From NCBI GenBank assembly GCA_044229145.1, contig JBGATO010000045.1:1-31787 (forward strand): 31,787 bases of DNA, read 5' to 3'. The notes beneath the pieces are model-generated. The model saw nothing but the letters and a program-made list of their open reading frames with translations, did no database searches and was not told where the DNA came from. The position numbers and the translations under genes are program-made. The stretch is from Candidatus Eiseniibacteriota bacterium (GTDB lineage: Bacteria; Eisenbacteria; RBG-16-71-46; CAZEPH01). Positions 1-9,757 of the stretch are shown in pieces (the stretch's first letter is position 1; the number at the start of each line of letters is the position of its first letter).

Positions 1-2
1 GT

Positions 3-43
3 CGGCGGCAAGTGCGGCCATGGATGGCCGCACGCAGCCGCCG
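3..43. repeat. Inverted repeat/hairpin (possible terminator of an upstream gene or an operator)
   Basis: GTGCGGCCAT(12-21)-GG-ATGGCCGCAC(24-33) is a perfect 10-bp inverted repeat, with outer arms CGGCGGC/GCCGCCG. Confidence 0.35.
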
Positions 44-116
44 CCAAGCGCCGCCCGGACAGGAGTCCGGGCCAGCGTCCCCCGCAGGCGCCCCGCCGCG
101 CCCCCCGCCGCCAACG

Positions 117-145
117 TTGACCGAGGGATAACCTCATGCTAGCGT
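117..145 (+). promoter_or_regulatory. Putative sigma-70 promoter of the liv operon
   Basis: TTGACC(117-122)-17 bp-TAGCGT(140-145) with an extended -10 TG; GGAGG RBS at 169-173 downstream. Confidence 0.6.
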
Positions 146-183
146 GCCCGCTTCGGCCTTTCGCACACGGAGGATGGACGGCG

Positions 184-1425
184 ATGATCATGCGTTCCAC
201 GCGCCTTGGAGTGACTCTCGGCCTGGCGGCCCTGGCTGCCGTCGGCGCCCTCGCCGGCTGCGCCAAGAAGGGCGGCGACGGCGCGGCCGGCGGCCCGACC
301 CTCAAGGTCGGCGTGTACGGCTCGCTCACCGGGTCGGACGCCACCTTCGGCCAGTCCACCAAGAAGGGCATCGAGCTGGCGGTCAAGGAGATCAACGCGG
401 CCGGCGGCATCGGTGGCGCGACGATCGTCCTCAAGGTCGAAGACGACCAGGGCCGTCCGGAAGAAGCGGCCACCGTCGTCGACAAGCTGATCTCGCAGGA
501 CAACGTGATCGCGGTGGTGGGCGAGGTCGCCTCGAGCCGGTCGATCGCCGCGGCCCCGAAGTGCCAGACGGCCGGCGTTCCCATGATCAGCCCGTCGTCC
601 ACCAATCCCGAGGTGACGAAGAAGGGCGACTACATCTTCCGCGTGTGCTTCATCGACCCGTTCCAGGGCACCGCGATGGCGAAGTTCGTCCACGACAACC
701 TCGGCAAGAAGAACGTCGCCATCCTGAAGGACGTGAAGAGCGACTACAGCGTCGGCCTCGCGCAGTTCTTCACCGAGACGTTCACGCAGCTCGGCGGCAA
801 AGTCGTCGCCGAGGAGAGCTACAGCGCGGGCGACCAGGACTTCAAGGCGCAGCTCACCGCGCTCAAGGCGAAGAACCCGGACGCGCTCTTCATCCCCGGC
901 TACTACACCGAGGTCGGGTTGATCGCGCGCCAGGCCAAGGACATCGGCCTCAACGTGCCGCTCACCGGCGGCGACGGCTGGGACTCGGCGGACCTCGTGA
1001 AGATCGGCGGCGAAGCCATCAAGGGCGCCTACTTCAGCACGCACTACAGCGCGCAGGACACGTCGTCCGCGATCCAGAGCTACCTGACCAAGTTCAAGGC
1101 GGCGTACAACGGCGAAGTGCCGGACGGCATCGGCGCGCTCGCGTACGACGCCGGCCAGATCCTCGCTGCCGCGCTGACCCGCGTGCACGAGAAGAACCCG
1201 GACGCCTTCAAGGCGCTGCTCGACGGCGGCCAGGGCGACCGCAAGGCGGCCGAGAAGCTGCTGCGCGACGAGATCGCGGCGACCGCGAACTTCGCCGGCG
1301 TCACCGGCACCATCACGCTGAACGCCGAGCGCAACGCCGTGAAGCCGGCGGTCGTGGTGCAGATCACCGACGACTCGATCGCCCATCCGGGCAGCTACGC
1401 GTTCACCACCAAGATCGCGCCGTAG
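184..1425 (+). CDS. livK: Branched-chain amino-acid ABC transporter substrate-binding lipoprotein (LivK/LivJ family)
   Basis: Lipobox LAGC; family motifs 'SLTGSDATFG', 'EINAAGGIGG', 'EDDQG', 'YIFRVCFIDPFQG', 'DFKAQLT'. Start moved to ATG184 on the GGAGG RBS (ATG190 is an alternative). Confidence 0.93.
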   Translation: MIMRSTRLGVTLGLAALAAVGALAGCAKKGGDGAAGGPTLKVGVYGSLTGSDATFGQSTKKGIELAVKEINAAGGIGGATIVLKVEDDQGRPEEAATVVDKLISQDNVIAVVGEVASSRSIAAAPKCQTAGVPMISPSSTNPEVTKKGDYIFRVCFIDPFQGTAMAKFVHDNLGKKNVAILKDVKSDYSVGLAQFFTETFTQLGGKVVAEESYSAGDQDFKAQLTALKAKNPDALFIPGYYTEVGLIARQAKDIGLNVPLTGGDGWDSADLVKIGGEAIKGAYFSTHYSAQDTSSAIQSYLTKFKAAYNGEVPDGIGALAYDAGQILAAALTRVHEKNPDAFKALLDGGQGDRKAAEKLLRDEIAATANFAGVTGTITLNAERNAVKPAVVVQITDDSIAHPGSYAFTTKIAP

Positions 1426-1444
1426 CGCGACAGGCTGAGACGAC

Positions 1445-1480
1445 GAGGCGGCGTTCCGCGAGGTATCGGAGCGCCGCCTC
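1445..1480 (+). terminator. Intercistronic stem-loop after the binding-protein gene (mRNA stabiliser or attenuator)
   Basis: GAGGCGGCGTTCCG-N8-CGGAGCGCCGCCTC, a 14-bp stem with one G-U pair and no strong U-tract. Confidence 0.6.
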
Positions 1481-1501
1481 TCGTGTGAAGGGGAGCGAGG
1501 C

Positions 1502-2404
1502 GTGCAGGAGTTCCTCCAACAACTCGTCAACGGCGTCGCGTGGGGCTCGATCTACGCGCTCATCGCGCTCGGCTACACGATGGTGTACGGCATCCTGCGC
1601 TTGATCAACTTCGCGCACGGCGATGTCTACATGGTCGGCGCGTTCGCCGGCTTCTATCTCGCCAACGCGCTCAAGGTGAACGAGCGCGGCGGCGGCATGG
1701 TGCCGGCGCTCGTCGTGATGCTCGGGTCGATGCTGATCTGCGCGTTGATCGGTGTCATCATCGAACGCCTGGCGTACAAGCCGGTGCGGCGGCATCCGCG
1801 CATCAGCGCGCTGATCACCGCGATCGGCGTCTCGCTCCTGCTCGAAAACCTCGGCCTCATGTTCTTCGGGTCGAACCCGAAGTTCTTCCCGCAGATCATC
1901 GCCTCGAAGACGATCAACGTGGGCGGCGTGGTGATCACCAACCACCAGATCATCGTGATCGGCGTGTCGGTGGTGTTGATGGCGCTCCTGCGCTGGGTTG
2001 TGATGGCGACGAAGGTGGGCCGCGCGATGCGCGCGGTGTCGTTCAGCCGCGACGCGGCGAGCTTGATGGGCATCGACACCGACCGCGTCATCACGGTGAC
2101 CTTCGCGCTCGGCAGCGCGCTGGCGGCGGCGGCCGGCATCTTGGTCGCGCTCACCAATCCGAAGATCGAGCCGCTCATGGGCATCATGCCGGGGCTCAAG
2201 GCGTTCGTCGCGGCGGTGCTCGGCGGCATCGGCAACATTCCGGGCGCGGTGATCGGCGGCTTGGTGATGGGCGTCACGGAGACGCTGGTGGTCGGCTACC
2301 TGTCGTCGACCTACCGCGACGCCATCGCCTTCGCCGTGTTGATCCTCATCTTGCTGGTCAAGCCGGGCGGCATCCTCGGCAAGGCGCAGGTGGAGAAGGT
2401 GTGA
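1502..2404 (+). CDS. livH: Branched-chain amino-acid ABC transporter permease LivH
   Basis: 'QQLVNG..GSIYALIALGYTMVYGILRLINFAHG', 'GRAMRAVS', 'GLKAFVAAVLGGIG'; multiple TM segments; GTG start with RBS. Confidence 0.95.
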   Translation: MQEFLQQLVNGVAWGSIYALIALGYTMVYGILRLINFAHGDVYMVGAFAGFYLANALKVNERGGGMVPALVVMLGSMLICALIGVIIERLAYKPVRRHPRISALITAIGVSLLLENLGLMFFGSNPKFFPQIIASKTINVGGVVITNHQIIVIGVSVVLMALLRWVVMATKVGRAMRAVSFSRDAASLMGIDTDRVITVTFALGSALAAAAGILVALTNPKIEPLMGIMPGLKAFVAAVLGGIGNIPGAVIGGLVMGVTETLVVGYLSSTYRDAIAFAVLILILLVKPGGILGKAQVEKV

Positions 2405-3444
2405 TGAAGGGACTCCTGCGCATCGCCCTGGTGCTCGCGCTGCTGACGGGATTGCAGGCGGTGAACGAGCACGCGCTGAATCCCTACTTCCAGCGCATCT
2501 TGCTGCTCATGGGCATCAACATGGTGCTCGCGGTGAGCCTCAACTTGATCAACGGCTTCACCGGGCAGTTCTCGCTCGGACACGCCGGCTTCATGGGCAT
2601 CGGCGCGTACACCTCGGCGTGGGTGACGGTGACGATGCAGCCGGCCTGGGAGCGCGCGCTGCACGGCATGCCGGGCGCCGATCTGTTGTTGCTCGTCGTC
2701 GGCATCGCGAGCGGCACGCTGGCGGCGTCGCTGGCCGGTGTGCTGGTCGGCATTCCGTCGCTGCGATTGCGCGGCGACTACCTCGCCATCGTCACGCTCG
2801 GCTTCGGCGAGATGATCCGCGTGTTCATCCAGAACATCGACGCGATCGGCGGCGCGCGCGGCTTCAGCGGCATCCCGGCGTTCACGACGCACTTCACGCT
2901 GGTGATTTACGGCGGCGTCGCGGTGACCGTCGCGGTGGTGTGGAATTTGGTGCACAGCGCGCACGGCCGCGGCTTCTTGAGTGTCCGCGAGGACGAAATC
3001 GCCGCCGAGGCACTCGGCGTGCCGACCACGCGCTACAAGGTCATCTCGTTCGCCATCGGCTCGGCATTCGCGGGGCTCGCGGGCTCGCTGTTCGCGCACT
3101 ACAACGGCTATCTGCACCCGTCGACGTTCTGGTTCATGAAGTCGGTCGAAGTCGTCATCATGGTGGTGCTCGGCGGCATGGGCTCGATCAGCGGCTCGCT
3201 GCTGGCGGCGGTGATCATCACGCTGCTGCCCGAGGTGCTGCGGCCGGCCAACGGCTGGTTGAGCGGCGTCGTGGCCTCGCCGGAATCGTTGCGCATGATC
3301 CTCTACGCGCTGTTGCTCATCGTGCTGATGATCGCGCGGCCGATCGGTTTGCTCGGCCACCGCGAGTTCGGCGTGTTCGGCGACGGCGGCGAACGTGCCA
3401 CCCGCGCAGGCCGCGCGGCGAAGAAGAAGGAGGTGGCGGCGTGA
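2404..3444 (+). CDS. livM: Branched-chain amino-acid ABC transporter permease LivM
   Basis: 'SLNLINGFTGQFSLGHAGFMGIGAY', 'LRLRGDYLAIVTLGFGE', 'VREDEIAA'; TGATG overlap with the livH stop. Confidence 0.95.
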   Translation: MKGLLRIALVLALLTGLQAVNEHALNPYFQRILLLMGINMVLAVSLNLINGFTGQFSLGHAGFMGIGAYTSAWVTVTMQPAWERALHGMPGADLLLLVVGIASGTLAASLAGVLVGIPSLRLRGDYLAIVTLGFGEMIRVFIQNIDAIGGARGFSGIPAFTTHFTLVIYGGVAVTVAVVWNLVHSAHGRGFLSVREDEIAAEALGVPTTRYKVISFAIGSAFAGLAGSLFAHYNGYLHPSTFWFMKSVEVVIMVVLGGMGSISGSLLAAVIITLLPEVLRPANGWLSGVVASPESLRMILYALLLIVLMIARPIGLLGHREFGVFGDGGERATRAGRAAKKKEVAA

Positions 3445-4244
3445 GCGCGGCCCCTCTCGAACTGCGCGGCGTGACACGGATGTTCGGCGGTCTGCGCGCG
3501 GTGGGCGACTTGTCGTTCCGCGTCGAGTCCGGTGGCCTCATGGGTCTCATCGGCCCCAATGGCGCCGGCAAGACGACGGTGTTCAATCTCATCACCGGCG
3601 TCTATCAGCCCACCGAGGGCACCATCACGCTCGGCGAGCGCACCATCGCCGAAGGCGGCAAGGGCCTGCACCTGCGCCCGAGCGCCATTGCCGCCGCCGG
3701 CATCGCGCGGACGTTCCAGACGTCGCGCCTGTTCGGCGGACTCAGCGTGCTCGACAACATGCGCCTCGGCTTTCACCTGCGCGTCAAGGCGAACTGGCTC
3801 GACGCCACGCTGCGCCTGCCGCGCCACGCTCGCGACGAACGTGAGATCACGCACGCCGCCCTCGATCTGCTCGACCGCTTCGACCTCGCCGCACACGCCG
3901 ACGAACAGGCGAACGCGCTGCCCTACGGCCAACAGCGGCGGCTCGAGATCGCCCGCGCCTTGGCCGGCGCGCCGCGCGTTCTGCTGCTCGACGAACCGGC
4001 CGCCGGCATGAACCCGCAGGAGACGCACGATCTCACGCAGCTGATTCGCTGGGTGCGCGATCACTTCCAGCTCACCGTGCTGCTCATCGAACACGACATG
4101 CGCTTGGTGATGGAGATCTGCGAGCGCATCGTCGTCGTCGACCACGGCGTCAAGATCGCCGAGGGCACGCCGGCCGAGATCCGCGCGAATCCGAAGGTGA
4201 TCGAAGCGTACCTCGGAGAGGAGGTGCCGGCCGGTGGCCACTAA
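3441..4244 (+). CDS. livG: Branched-chain amino-acid ABC transporter ATP-binding protein LivG
   Basis: Walker A GPNGAGKTT, 'GIARTFQ', 'LPYGQQRRLEIARAL', 'LLLDEPAAG', 'IEHDM', 'VIEAYLG'; GTGA overlap with livM. Confidence 0.95.
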   Translation: MSAAPLELRGVTRMFGGLRAVGDLSFRVESGGLMGLIGPNGAGKTTVFNLITGVYQPTEGTITLGERTIAEGGKGLHLRPSAIAAAGIARTFQTSRLFGGLSVLDNMRLGFHLRVKANWLDATLRLPRHARDEREITHAALDLLDRFDLAAHADEQANALPYGQQRRLEIARALAGAPRVLLLDEPAAGMNPQETHDLTQLIRWVRDHFQLTVLLIEHDMRLVMEICERIVVVDHGVKIAEGTPAEIRANPKVIEAYLGEEVPAGGH

Positions 4245-4968
4245 CCCGACCTCGGGCACGCCGCTGCTCACCATCCGCGACCTCAACGTCTACTACGGCG
4301 CCATCCACGCGCTGAAGGGCGTGTCGCTCACCGTGCACGCCGGACAAATCGTCACGCTGATCGGCGCCAACGGGGCGGGGAAGTCGACGCTCTTGCGCTC
4401 GATCTCGTCGCTCCTGCGTCCGAAGTCCGGCGCCATCGAGTTCGAAGGCGCCGACCTCACCAAGCTGCCGCCGCATCAAGTCGTCGCGCGCGGCATTTGT
4501 CACGTGCCCGAAGGCCGCATCGTCTTCGCCAACATGACGGTGTTCGAGAACCTGCAACTCGGCGCGCACCTGCGCTCCGACAAGGCCGGCATCGCCGAGG
4601 ATCTCGACAAGATGTACGCGCTGTTCCCGCGTCTCAAGGAACGCCGCGCGCAGGCCGCCGGCACGCTCTCCGGCGGCGAGCAGCAGATGTTGGCGATTGC
4701 CCGCGCCCTCATGGGCCGGCCGCGCGTGCTCCTCATGGACGAACCGTCGCTCGGCCTCGCGCCGCTGCTCGTGCGCGAGATTTTCGCCACCATCCGCCGC
4801 ATCAACGACGACGGCATGACCGTGCTCCTGGTCGAACAGAACGCCCACATGGCGCTCAGCGTCGCCCACGACGGCTACGTGTTGGAAACCGGCCGCGTGA
4901 TCCAGCACGACAAGGCGAGCGTGCTGCTGGCCAGCGAGGAAGTGCGGAAGGCGTACCTCGGAGGGTAG
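4234..4968 (+). CDS. livF: Branched-chain amino-acid ABC transporter ATP-binding protein LivF
   Basis: GANGAGKST, 'VPEGR', signature LSGGEQQM, 'MDEPSLGLAP', 'VEQNA', 'KAYLG'; GAGGAGG RBS. Confidence 0.95.
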   Translation: MATNPTSGTPLLTIRDLNVYYGAIHALKGVSLTVHAGQIVTLIGANGAGKSTLLRSISSLLRPKSGAIEFEGADLTKLPPHQVVARGICHVPEGRIVFANMTVFENLQLGAHLRSDKAGIAEDLDKMYALFPRLKERRAQAAGTLSGGEQQMLAIARALMGRPRVLLMDEPSLGLAPLLVREIFATIRRINDDGMTVLLVEQNAHMALSVAHDGYVLETGRVIQHDKASVLLASEEVRKAYLGG

Positions 4969-4984
4969 CGCTGCGGGCGACCGT

Positions 4985-5635
4985 CTAACGGAACAGTGCC
5001 TTGACGTGTCCCCAGGTGGCCGCCCGAGATGGCGTCGCCGGTGCCGGCGTGACGCTGACGTTGTCGATGATGATCCCCGCGTACCCGGTACTCGTGCTGA
5101 CGAACGACAACAGCGTGCCGGGCGCGTCCGCGGTGGCGACGAACGATCGGTACACCCACCCCGGATCGCCATGCATATGGCCGCTGACGTCGAAGCTATA
5201 CGAGTGTGACGTCGTGCCGAAGGACACATCCATCGTCTTGACCGGCGCGCCGTCGTCCGGCGACCGCGAGTGGTCGGGATTGGCAGCCATCCAGAACTCG
5301 ACCAGGTAGGGAAGCCCCGCAGTGGTCGTGATGAGTTGGGAGACCGCACCGGGCGGAGTCCCCGGGCCTTGGATATCCTGGTTGAGGTCGAGAGACTGCG
5401 CCCCGTCCTGCGCCGCCCAATACCCTTCAACCAGGTCGACGCCGGCGCCGCCGACCGTCCAGGCGAAGCCGGGCGGAGCGCAAGTGCATGTGTAGCGCGT
5501 GGTTGTCCCGGCGTGCCCCGGGCTTTCGAAGCTCGGATTGGCGACCAAGTTGGCGGCCGCGGACTGGGACAATCCCAAGACGAGAGCCAGAGCGATGGCG
5601 ATCGTGGGGACAAGCCGGGTCGGGAGCGTGCGCAC
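4985..5635 (-). CDS. Secreted choice-of-anchor C (DUF642-like beta-sandwich) protein with C-terminal TWGxxK tail
   Basis: Signal peptide ending SAAA/NLVANPSFE; 'WTVGGAGVDL..YWAAQDGAQSLDLN', 'GAVSQLITTTAG..Y.VEF', 'IIDNVSV'. GTG5635 has a GAGGA RBS and lies downstream of an extended -10. Ends TPSRAATWGHVKALFR. Confidence 0.8.
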   Translation of the reverse strand: MRTLPTRLVPTIAIALALVLGLSQSAAANLVANPSFESPGHAGTTTRYTCTCAPPGFAWTVGGAGVDLVEGYWAAQDGAQSLDLNQDIQGPGTPPGAVSQLITTTAGLPYLVEFWMAANPDHSRSPDDGAPVKTMDVSFGTTSHSYSFDVSGHMHGDPGWVYRSFVATADAPGTLLSFVSTSTGYAGIIIDNVSVTPAPATPSRAATWGHVKALFR

Positions 5636-5676
5636 GGGTGCAGTCCTCAACAGGTGGGTAGTCGCAGTGACTAGCG

Positions 5677-5685
5677 AGTGTAACA
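5677..5685 (-). promoter_or_regulatory. Putative extended -10 promoter element for the choice-of-anchor C gene
   Basis: Minus strand TG-T-TACACT, about 40 nt upstream of GTG5635; no clear -35. Confidence 0.4.
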
Positions 5686-5836
5686 CATCGGAGCTGCGGG
5701 CCTGCCGGAGCGGCGCCGGAATCCTCCGCCGCGCCACTCCCGCGCTCCACGCGCTCGTGAAATCTCCCATCGCTCGCGGCGATCCCCGATGACCGGCCTC
5801 TAGTCGCGTCGCCGGGCGTCCGATAACCGGCGCACG

Positions 5837-6610
5837 ATGCCCTCACTCCTGTGGGCTGCCGCCTTCGTGCTCGGCACCATGATCGGCAGCTTCCTCAACG
5901 TTTGCATCTACCGCTTGCCGCGCGAGGAGTCGGTGGTCGACCCACCGTCGCACTGCCCGGCCTGCGACACGCGCATCCCGTGGCACGACAACATCCCGGT
6001 GCTGGGGTGGCTCGCGTTGCGCGGCCGCTGCCGCAGGTGCCGCGCGGCGATCAGCGCGCGCTATCCGCTCATCGAGGCGGCCACCGGCGGGCTCGCCGTG
6101 CTCGCCACCTGGCGCTTCGGCGTGACGCCGGAAGCGGTGCTCGCCTTTGGCTTCTGCTGCTGCATGCTGGTGGTCGTCTTCACCGACTACGACTCGCAGA
6201 TCATCCCCGACGAAATCGTGCTCGCCGGCGTCGTGCTCGGGCTGCTGTCGACGCTGGTCTACGTCAGCACCTGGACGCGCGTGCTCGGCGGCGCGGTGGT
6301 CGGTTTCGGCGTGCTGTGGGCGATCCGCGAGGCCTACTACCGGCTCACCGGCCGCGATGGCATGGGCTTCGGCGACTGCACGCTGTCGCTGGCGATGGGC
6401 TGCATGCTCGGCGCCACCGGCGTGCTCGTCACCTTCTTCCTGGCAAGCCTCGTCGGCACGCTGCTCGGCCTGGCGATCTTGAGCGCGCGCCGCCAATCGC
6501 TGCGCACCGAACTGCCCTTCGGCGTCTTCCTCGCGCCGGCTGCCGCGTTGGTGCTCTTCATCGGCCCTGATGCCCTCTTGCGCACCCTCCACGTGCCGGG
6601 GATCGGGTAG
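5837..6610 (+). CDS. pilD: Prepilin peptidase / N-methyltransferase (A24A)
   Basis: 'IGSFLNVCIYRLP', Zn motifs CPAC/CRRC, 'NIPVLGWLALRGRCR.C...ISARYPLIE', catalytic Asp motifs 'FTDY...IIPD' and 'GMGFGD', 'LPFGVFL'. Confidence 0.95.
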   Translation: MPSLLWAAAFVLGTMIGSFLNVCIYRLPREESVVDPPSHCPACDTRIPWHDNIPVLGWLALRGRCRRCRAAISARYPLIEAATGGLAVLATWRFGVTPEAVLAFGFCCCMLVVVFTDYDSQIIPDEIVLAGVVLGLLSTLVYVSTWTRVLGGAVVGFGVLWAIREAYYRLTGRDGMGFGDCTLSLAMGCMLGATGVLVTFFLASLVGTLLGLAILSARRQSLRTELPFGVFLAPAAALVLFIGPDALLRTLHVPGIG

Positions 6611-6612
6611 CC

Positions 6613-8361
6613 ATGTCCACCAAGGCTCAGAGCTGCTCGCTGCCCGAGCCGCAACCCTGGATGTCCTATCTCGGGACGATCCTGGTCGAGATGGGCGCGC
6701 TCACCGAACACGAACTCGGGCGCGCGCTCGAGAGTCAGCGCGCGTCGGGCAAGCGTCTGGGCTCGCTGCTCGTCGAGGAAGGCTTCGTCTCCGAGGATCA
6801 CTTGGTGGCGGGGCTGGCGCGCCAGCTCGGGCTCGACGTCTTCGATCCGGCGATCGTGCAGTCGATCGACGCTGCCACCATCGCGCTCTTGCCGGAAGAC
6901 TTCGCCAAGCGCCACAACGTGGTGCCGCTCTCCTTCGACGAGGAGACGATCGTGGTGGCGATGGCCGATCCGGTGAACCTGCTCGCCATCGACGATGTCA
7001 CGGCGGTGACGCAGCGCGTGGTCCGGCCGCAGGTCGGCCGTGAACGCGACATCATCGCCGCCATCGACCGTCTGTACGAATCGGCGCGTGCCGCCGACCA
7101 GGTGGACGACGCGCTCGCCGGCCTCGAACTCAGCACCGAGAAGGCCGAATCCGCAGACGACTACGACGCCAGCCAGCTGCGCACCGCCGCCGACGACGCG
7201 CCGATCGTCAAGCTGGTGAACAGCCTCATCGTCAAGGCGATCCAGGAACGCGCGACCGACATCCACCTCGAAGGGCAGGGTGCCGGCCTGGTGGTGCGCT
7301 ATCGCATCGACGGAGTGCTCTACGATTCGCTGCGACCGCCCAAGCGCCTGCACGCCGCGCTGGTGTCGCGCATCAAGGTGCTCAGCGATCTCGACATCGC
7401 CGAGCGCCGGGTGCCGCAGGACGGCCGTTTCACCGTGCGCCTGCAGAAGAGCAAGGTCGACGTGCGCGTCTCCGTGCTGCCGACGATCGGCGGCGAGAAG
7501 GTCGTGATGCGTCTGCTCGACAAGGGTTCGGTGGACATGCGTCTCGAATCGCTCGGGTTCAGCCCCGAGAATCTGACCTTGGTGCGCGAGACGATCCACA
7601 AGCCGTGGGGCATGTTCATCGTCTCGGGTCCGACCGGATCGGGCAAGACGACGACGCTGTACGCCGGTCTCAACGACCTCGTCGGGACCACGACCAACAT
7701 CATGACGGTCGAGGATCCGGTCGAGTACCAGATCGAACGCTTGAACCAGGTGCAGGTGAACGAGAAGTCGGGCATGACGTTTCCGCGCGCGCTGCGCGCC
7801 TTCCTGCGCCAGGACCCCGACGTGATCATGCTCGGCGAGATCCGCGACAAGGAGACCGCCGAGATCGCGGTGCGCGCCGCGCTTACCGGGCACTTCGTGC
7901 TGTCGACCATCCACGCCAACGACGCGGTGACCACGGCGACGCGGCTCATCGACATCGGCGTCGAGAACTACCTGGTGGCGTCGGCATTGTCGCTGGTGCT
8001 CGCACAGCGCCTGGTGCGGCGCATCTGCCCGCAGTGCCGCCAGCCCGCCGCCTGGGACGATCCCAGCATGGTGGCGCTCGGCCTCGACCCCGGCAGTTGC
8101 GGCGACCGCATGCCGTTCCGCGCGGTCGGCTGCCACGCCTGCAAGGGCCGCGGGTACTCCGGCCGGTTGGCCATCCACGAAGCGCTCCCGCTGGACGGCG
8201 AAATGCGCCGGATGATCGCGGCCGGCGCCACACCGGACGAGATCCGCGCCTACGCGGCCTCCACGGGTGCGAAGACTCTCCGAGACAGCGGCATCGAGGC
8301 GGTCCTCGCCGGCCACACGTCGGCCGAGGAGATCGTCCGGGTCGCGCTCGACCCGCTCTAA
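6613..8361 (+). CDS. pilB: Type IV filament assembly ATPase (PilB/GspE family) with N-terminal MshEN-like domain
   Basis: 'ATDIHLE', 'LDIAERRVPQDGRF', Walker A GPTGSGKTT, Asp box 'TVEDPVEY', 'LRQDPDVIMLGEIRD', His box 'TGHFVLSTIH', CPQC/CHAC. ATG6661 is an alternative start. Confidence 0.95.
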   Translation: MSTKAQSCSLPEPQPWMSYLGTILVEMGALTEHELGRALESQRASGKRLGSLLVEEGFVSEDHLVAGLARQLGLDVFDPAIVQSIDAATIALLPEDFAKRHNVVPLSFDEETIVVAMADPVNLLAIDDVTAVTQRVVRPQVGRERDIIAAIDRLYESARAADQVDDALAGLELSTEKAESADDYDASQLRTAADDAPIVKLVNSLIVKAIQERATDIHLEGQGAGLVVRYRIDGVLYDSLRPPKRLHAALVSRIKVLSDLDIAERRVPQDGRFTVRLQKSKVDVRVSVLPTIGGEKVVMRLLDKGSVDMRLESLGFSPENLTLVRETIHKPWGMFIVSGPTGSGKTTTLYAGLNDLVGTTTNIMTVEDPVEYQIERLNQVQVNEKSGMTFPRALRAFLRQDPDVIMLGEIRDKETAEIAVRAALTGHFVLSTIHANDAVTTATRLIDIGVENYLVASALSLVLAQRLVRRICPQCRQPAAWDDPSMVALGLDPGSCGDRMPFRAVGCHACKGRGYSGRLAIHEALPLDGEMRRMIAAGATPDEIRAYAASTGAKTLRDSGIEAVLAGHTSAEEIVRVALDPL

Positions 8362-8518
8362 CCTGCTGGCGCGGCCGGGGTTGGCGGAGATTTCCCACCT
8401 TGGGGGAGTCTCCGTAACGTTACTTCAGGAGACGCCGCCATTCGCCGATGACTGCGGGTGATCGCAGACACCACGCGGGCCCAGGGGATGGGACCGCAGG
8501 AGACGGTGAGGCAAGGGA

Positions 8519-9757
8519 ATGCCGCTGTTCGCATACGTGGTCAAGGATCTCGCGGGTGAGGAACTCAGCGGGGTCGAATCGGCACCGACGTCCGACGCCG
8601 CCGTGGAGGCACTCCACCGGCGCGGCCTGATCGTGCTCAGCCTCGAAGAGCGCAAGGATTCGGCGCTCCGTGGCGCGTCACTCAAGCGGGCGCTCTCCGC
8701 GGTTGCCGACCACATGAACGGCGTGTCGGTGCGCGAGCTCGCGCTCTTCACCCGTCAGCTCTCGACGATGCTGCACGCCGGTCTGCCCTTGGTGCGCGCG
8801 CTCCATTCGCTGAGCCGCGACGCCAAGAAGGGCACGCTCGCCGCCGCGGTGGAGAATGTCGCGCTCGACCTGCAGAACGGGCTCAGCTTCTCCGAGGCGC
8901 TCGAACGCCATCCGCGCGTGTTCAGCGAGCTCTACGTGTCGATGGTGCGGGCCGGCGAACGCTCGGGCAAGCTCGACGCTGTGCTCGAGCAGGTCGGCGA
9001 GTACCTCGAGAAGGCCGACGCCATCCAGACCAAGGTCAAGTCGGCGATGGCCTATCCCGGCTTCGTGTTCTTCTTCTCGCTCGGCGCCACGCTGTTCCTC
9101 TTGCTCAAGGTGGTGCCGACCTTCGCCGGCATCTACAAGAACTTCGGCTCGAAGCTGCCGGCTCCGACGATGGTGGTGCTCAACATCAGCACCTGGACGT
9201 CGTCGCACTTCCTGGTCGTGCTCGCGCTGGCCGTGGCCGCCGGCATCACGTTCACGTGGTGGCGCAGCACGCCGGCCGGCGCCTACATGCTCGACCGCAT
9301 CCTGCTACGTGTCCCGGTGATCGGCGACCTCGCGCTCAAGGCATCGATGTCGAGATTCACGCGCACGCTGTCGGCACTGCTCGCCGCCGGTCTGCCGATG
9401 CTCGAGGCGCTCGATCTGGTGGAAGGCGCGTGCGGCAACCGCGTCATCGCCGGGTGCGTGCGCCGGGCGCGGCACCGCATCTCGGAAGGGCAGGAACTCG
9501 GCGAGTCGTTCGCCGCCGAATCGGTGCTGCCGCAGATGATCCTGTCGCTGATGTCGACCGGTCAGGAGACCGGTGCGGTCGACAAGATGCTGGCCCGCGC
9601 GGCCACCTTCTGCGATCTGCAAGTCGACGCCGGCGTGGGCGCGCTCGCCTCGCTCATCGAGCCGGTGATGATCGTCACCATGGGCGGACTCGTGGGTGGC
9701 CTGGTGGTCACCATGTTCCTGCCCGTGTTCAACATCGGGAACGCGATGGGCGGCTAG
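8519..9757 (+). CDS. pilC: Type IV filament inner-membrane platform protein (PilC/GspF family)
   Basis: 'FTRQLSTMLHAGLPLVRAL', 'MVRAGERSGKLD', 'KSAMAYP', 'GQETG', 'LIEP', 'MFLPVF'. Confidence 0.95.
   Translation: MPLFAYVVKDLAGEELSGVESAPTSDAAVEALHRRGLIVLSLEERKDSALRGASLKRALSAVADHMNGVSVRELALFTRQLSTMLHAGLPLVRALHSLSRDAKKGTLAAAVENVALDLQNGLSFSEALERHPRVFSELYVSMVRAGERSGKLDAVLEQVGEYLEKADAIQTKVKSAMAYPGFVFFFSLGATLFLLLKVVPTFAGIYKNFGSKLPAPTMVVLNISTWTSSHFLVVLALAVAAGITFTWWRSTPAGAYMLDRILLRVPVIGDLALKASMSRFTRTLSALLAAGLPMLEALDLVEGACGNRVIAGCVRRARHRISEGQELGESFAAESVLPQMILSLMSTGQETGAVDKMLARAATFCDLQVDAGVGALASLIEPVMIVTMGGLVGGLVVTMFLPVFNIGNAMGG

Noticed and set aside
4985..5770. Choice-of-anchor C gene as a mobile or horizontally inserted cassette
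   Set aside because: It has somewhat more A/T-ending codons, but no flanking repeats, integrase or transposase.
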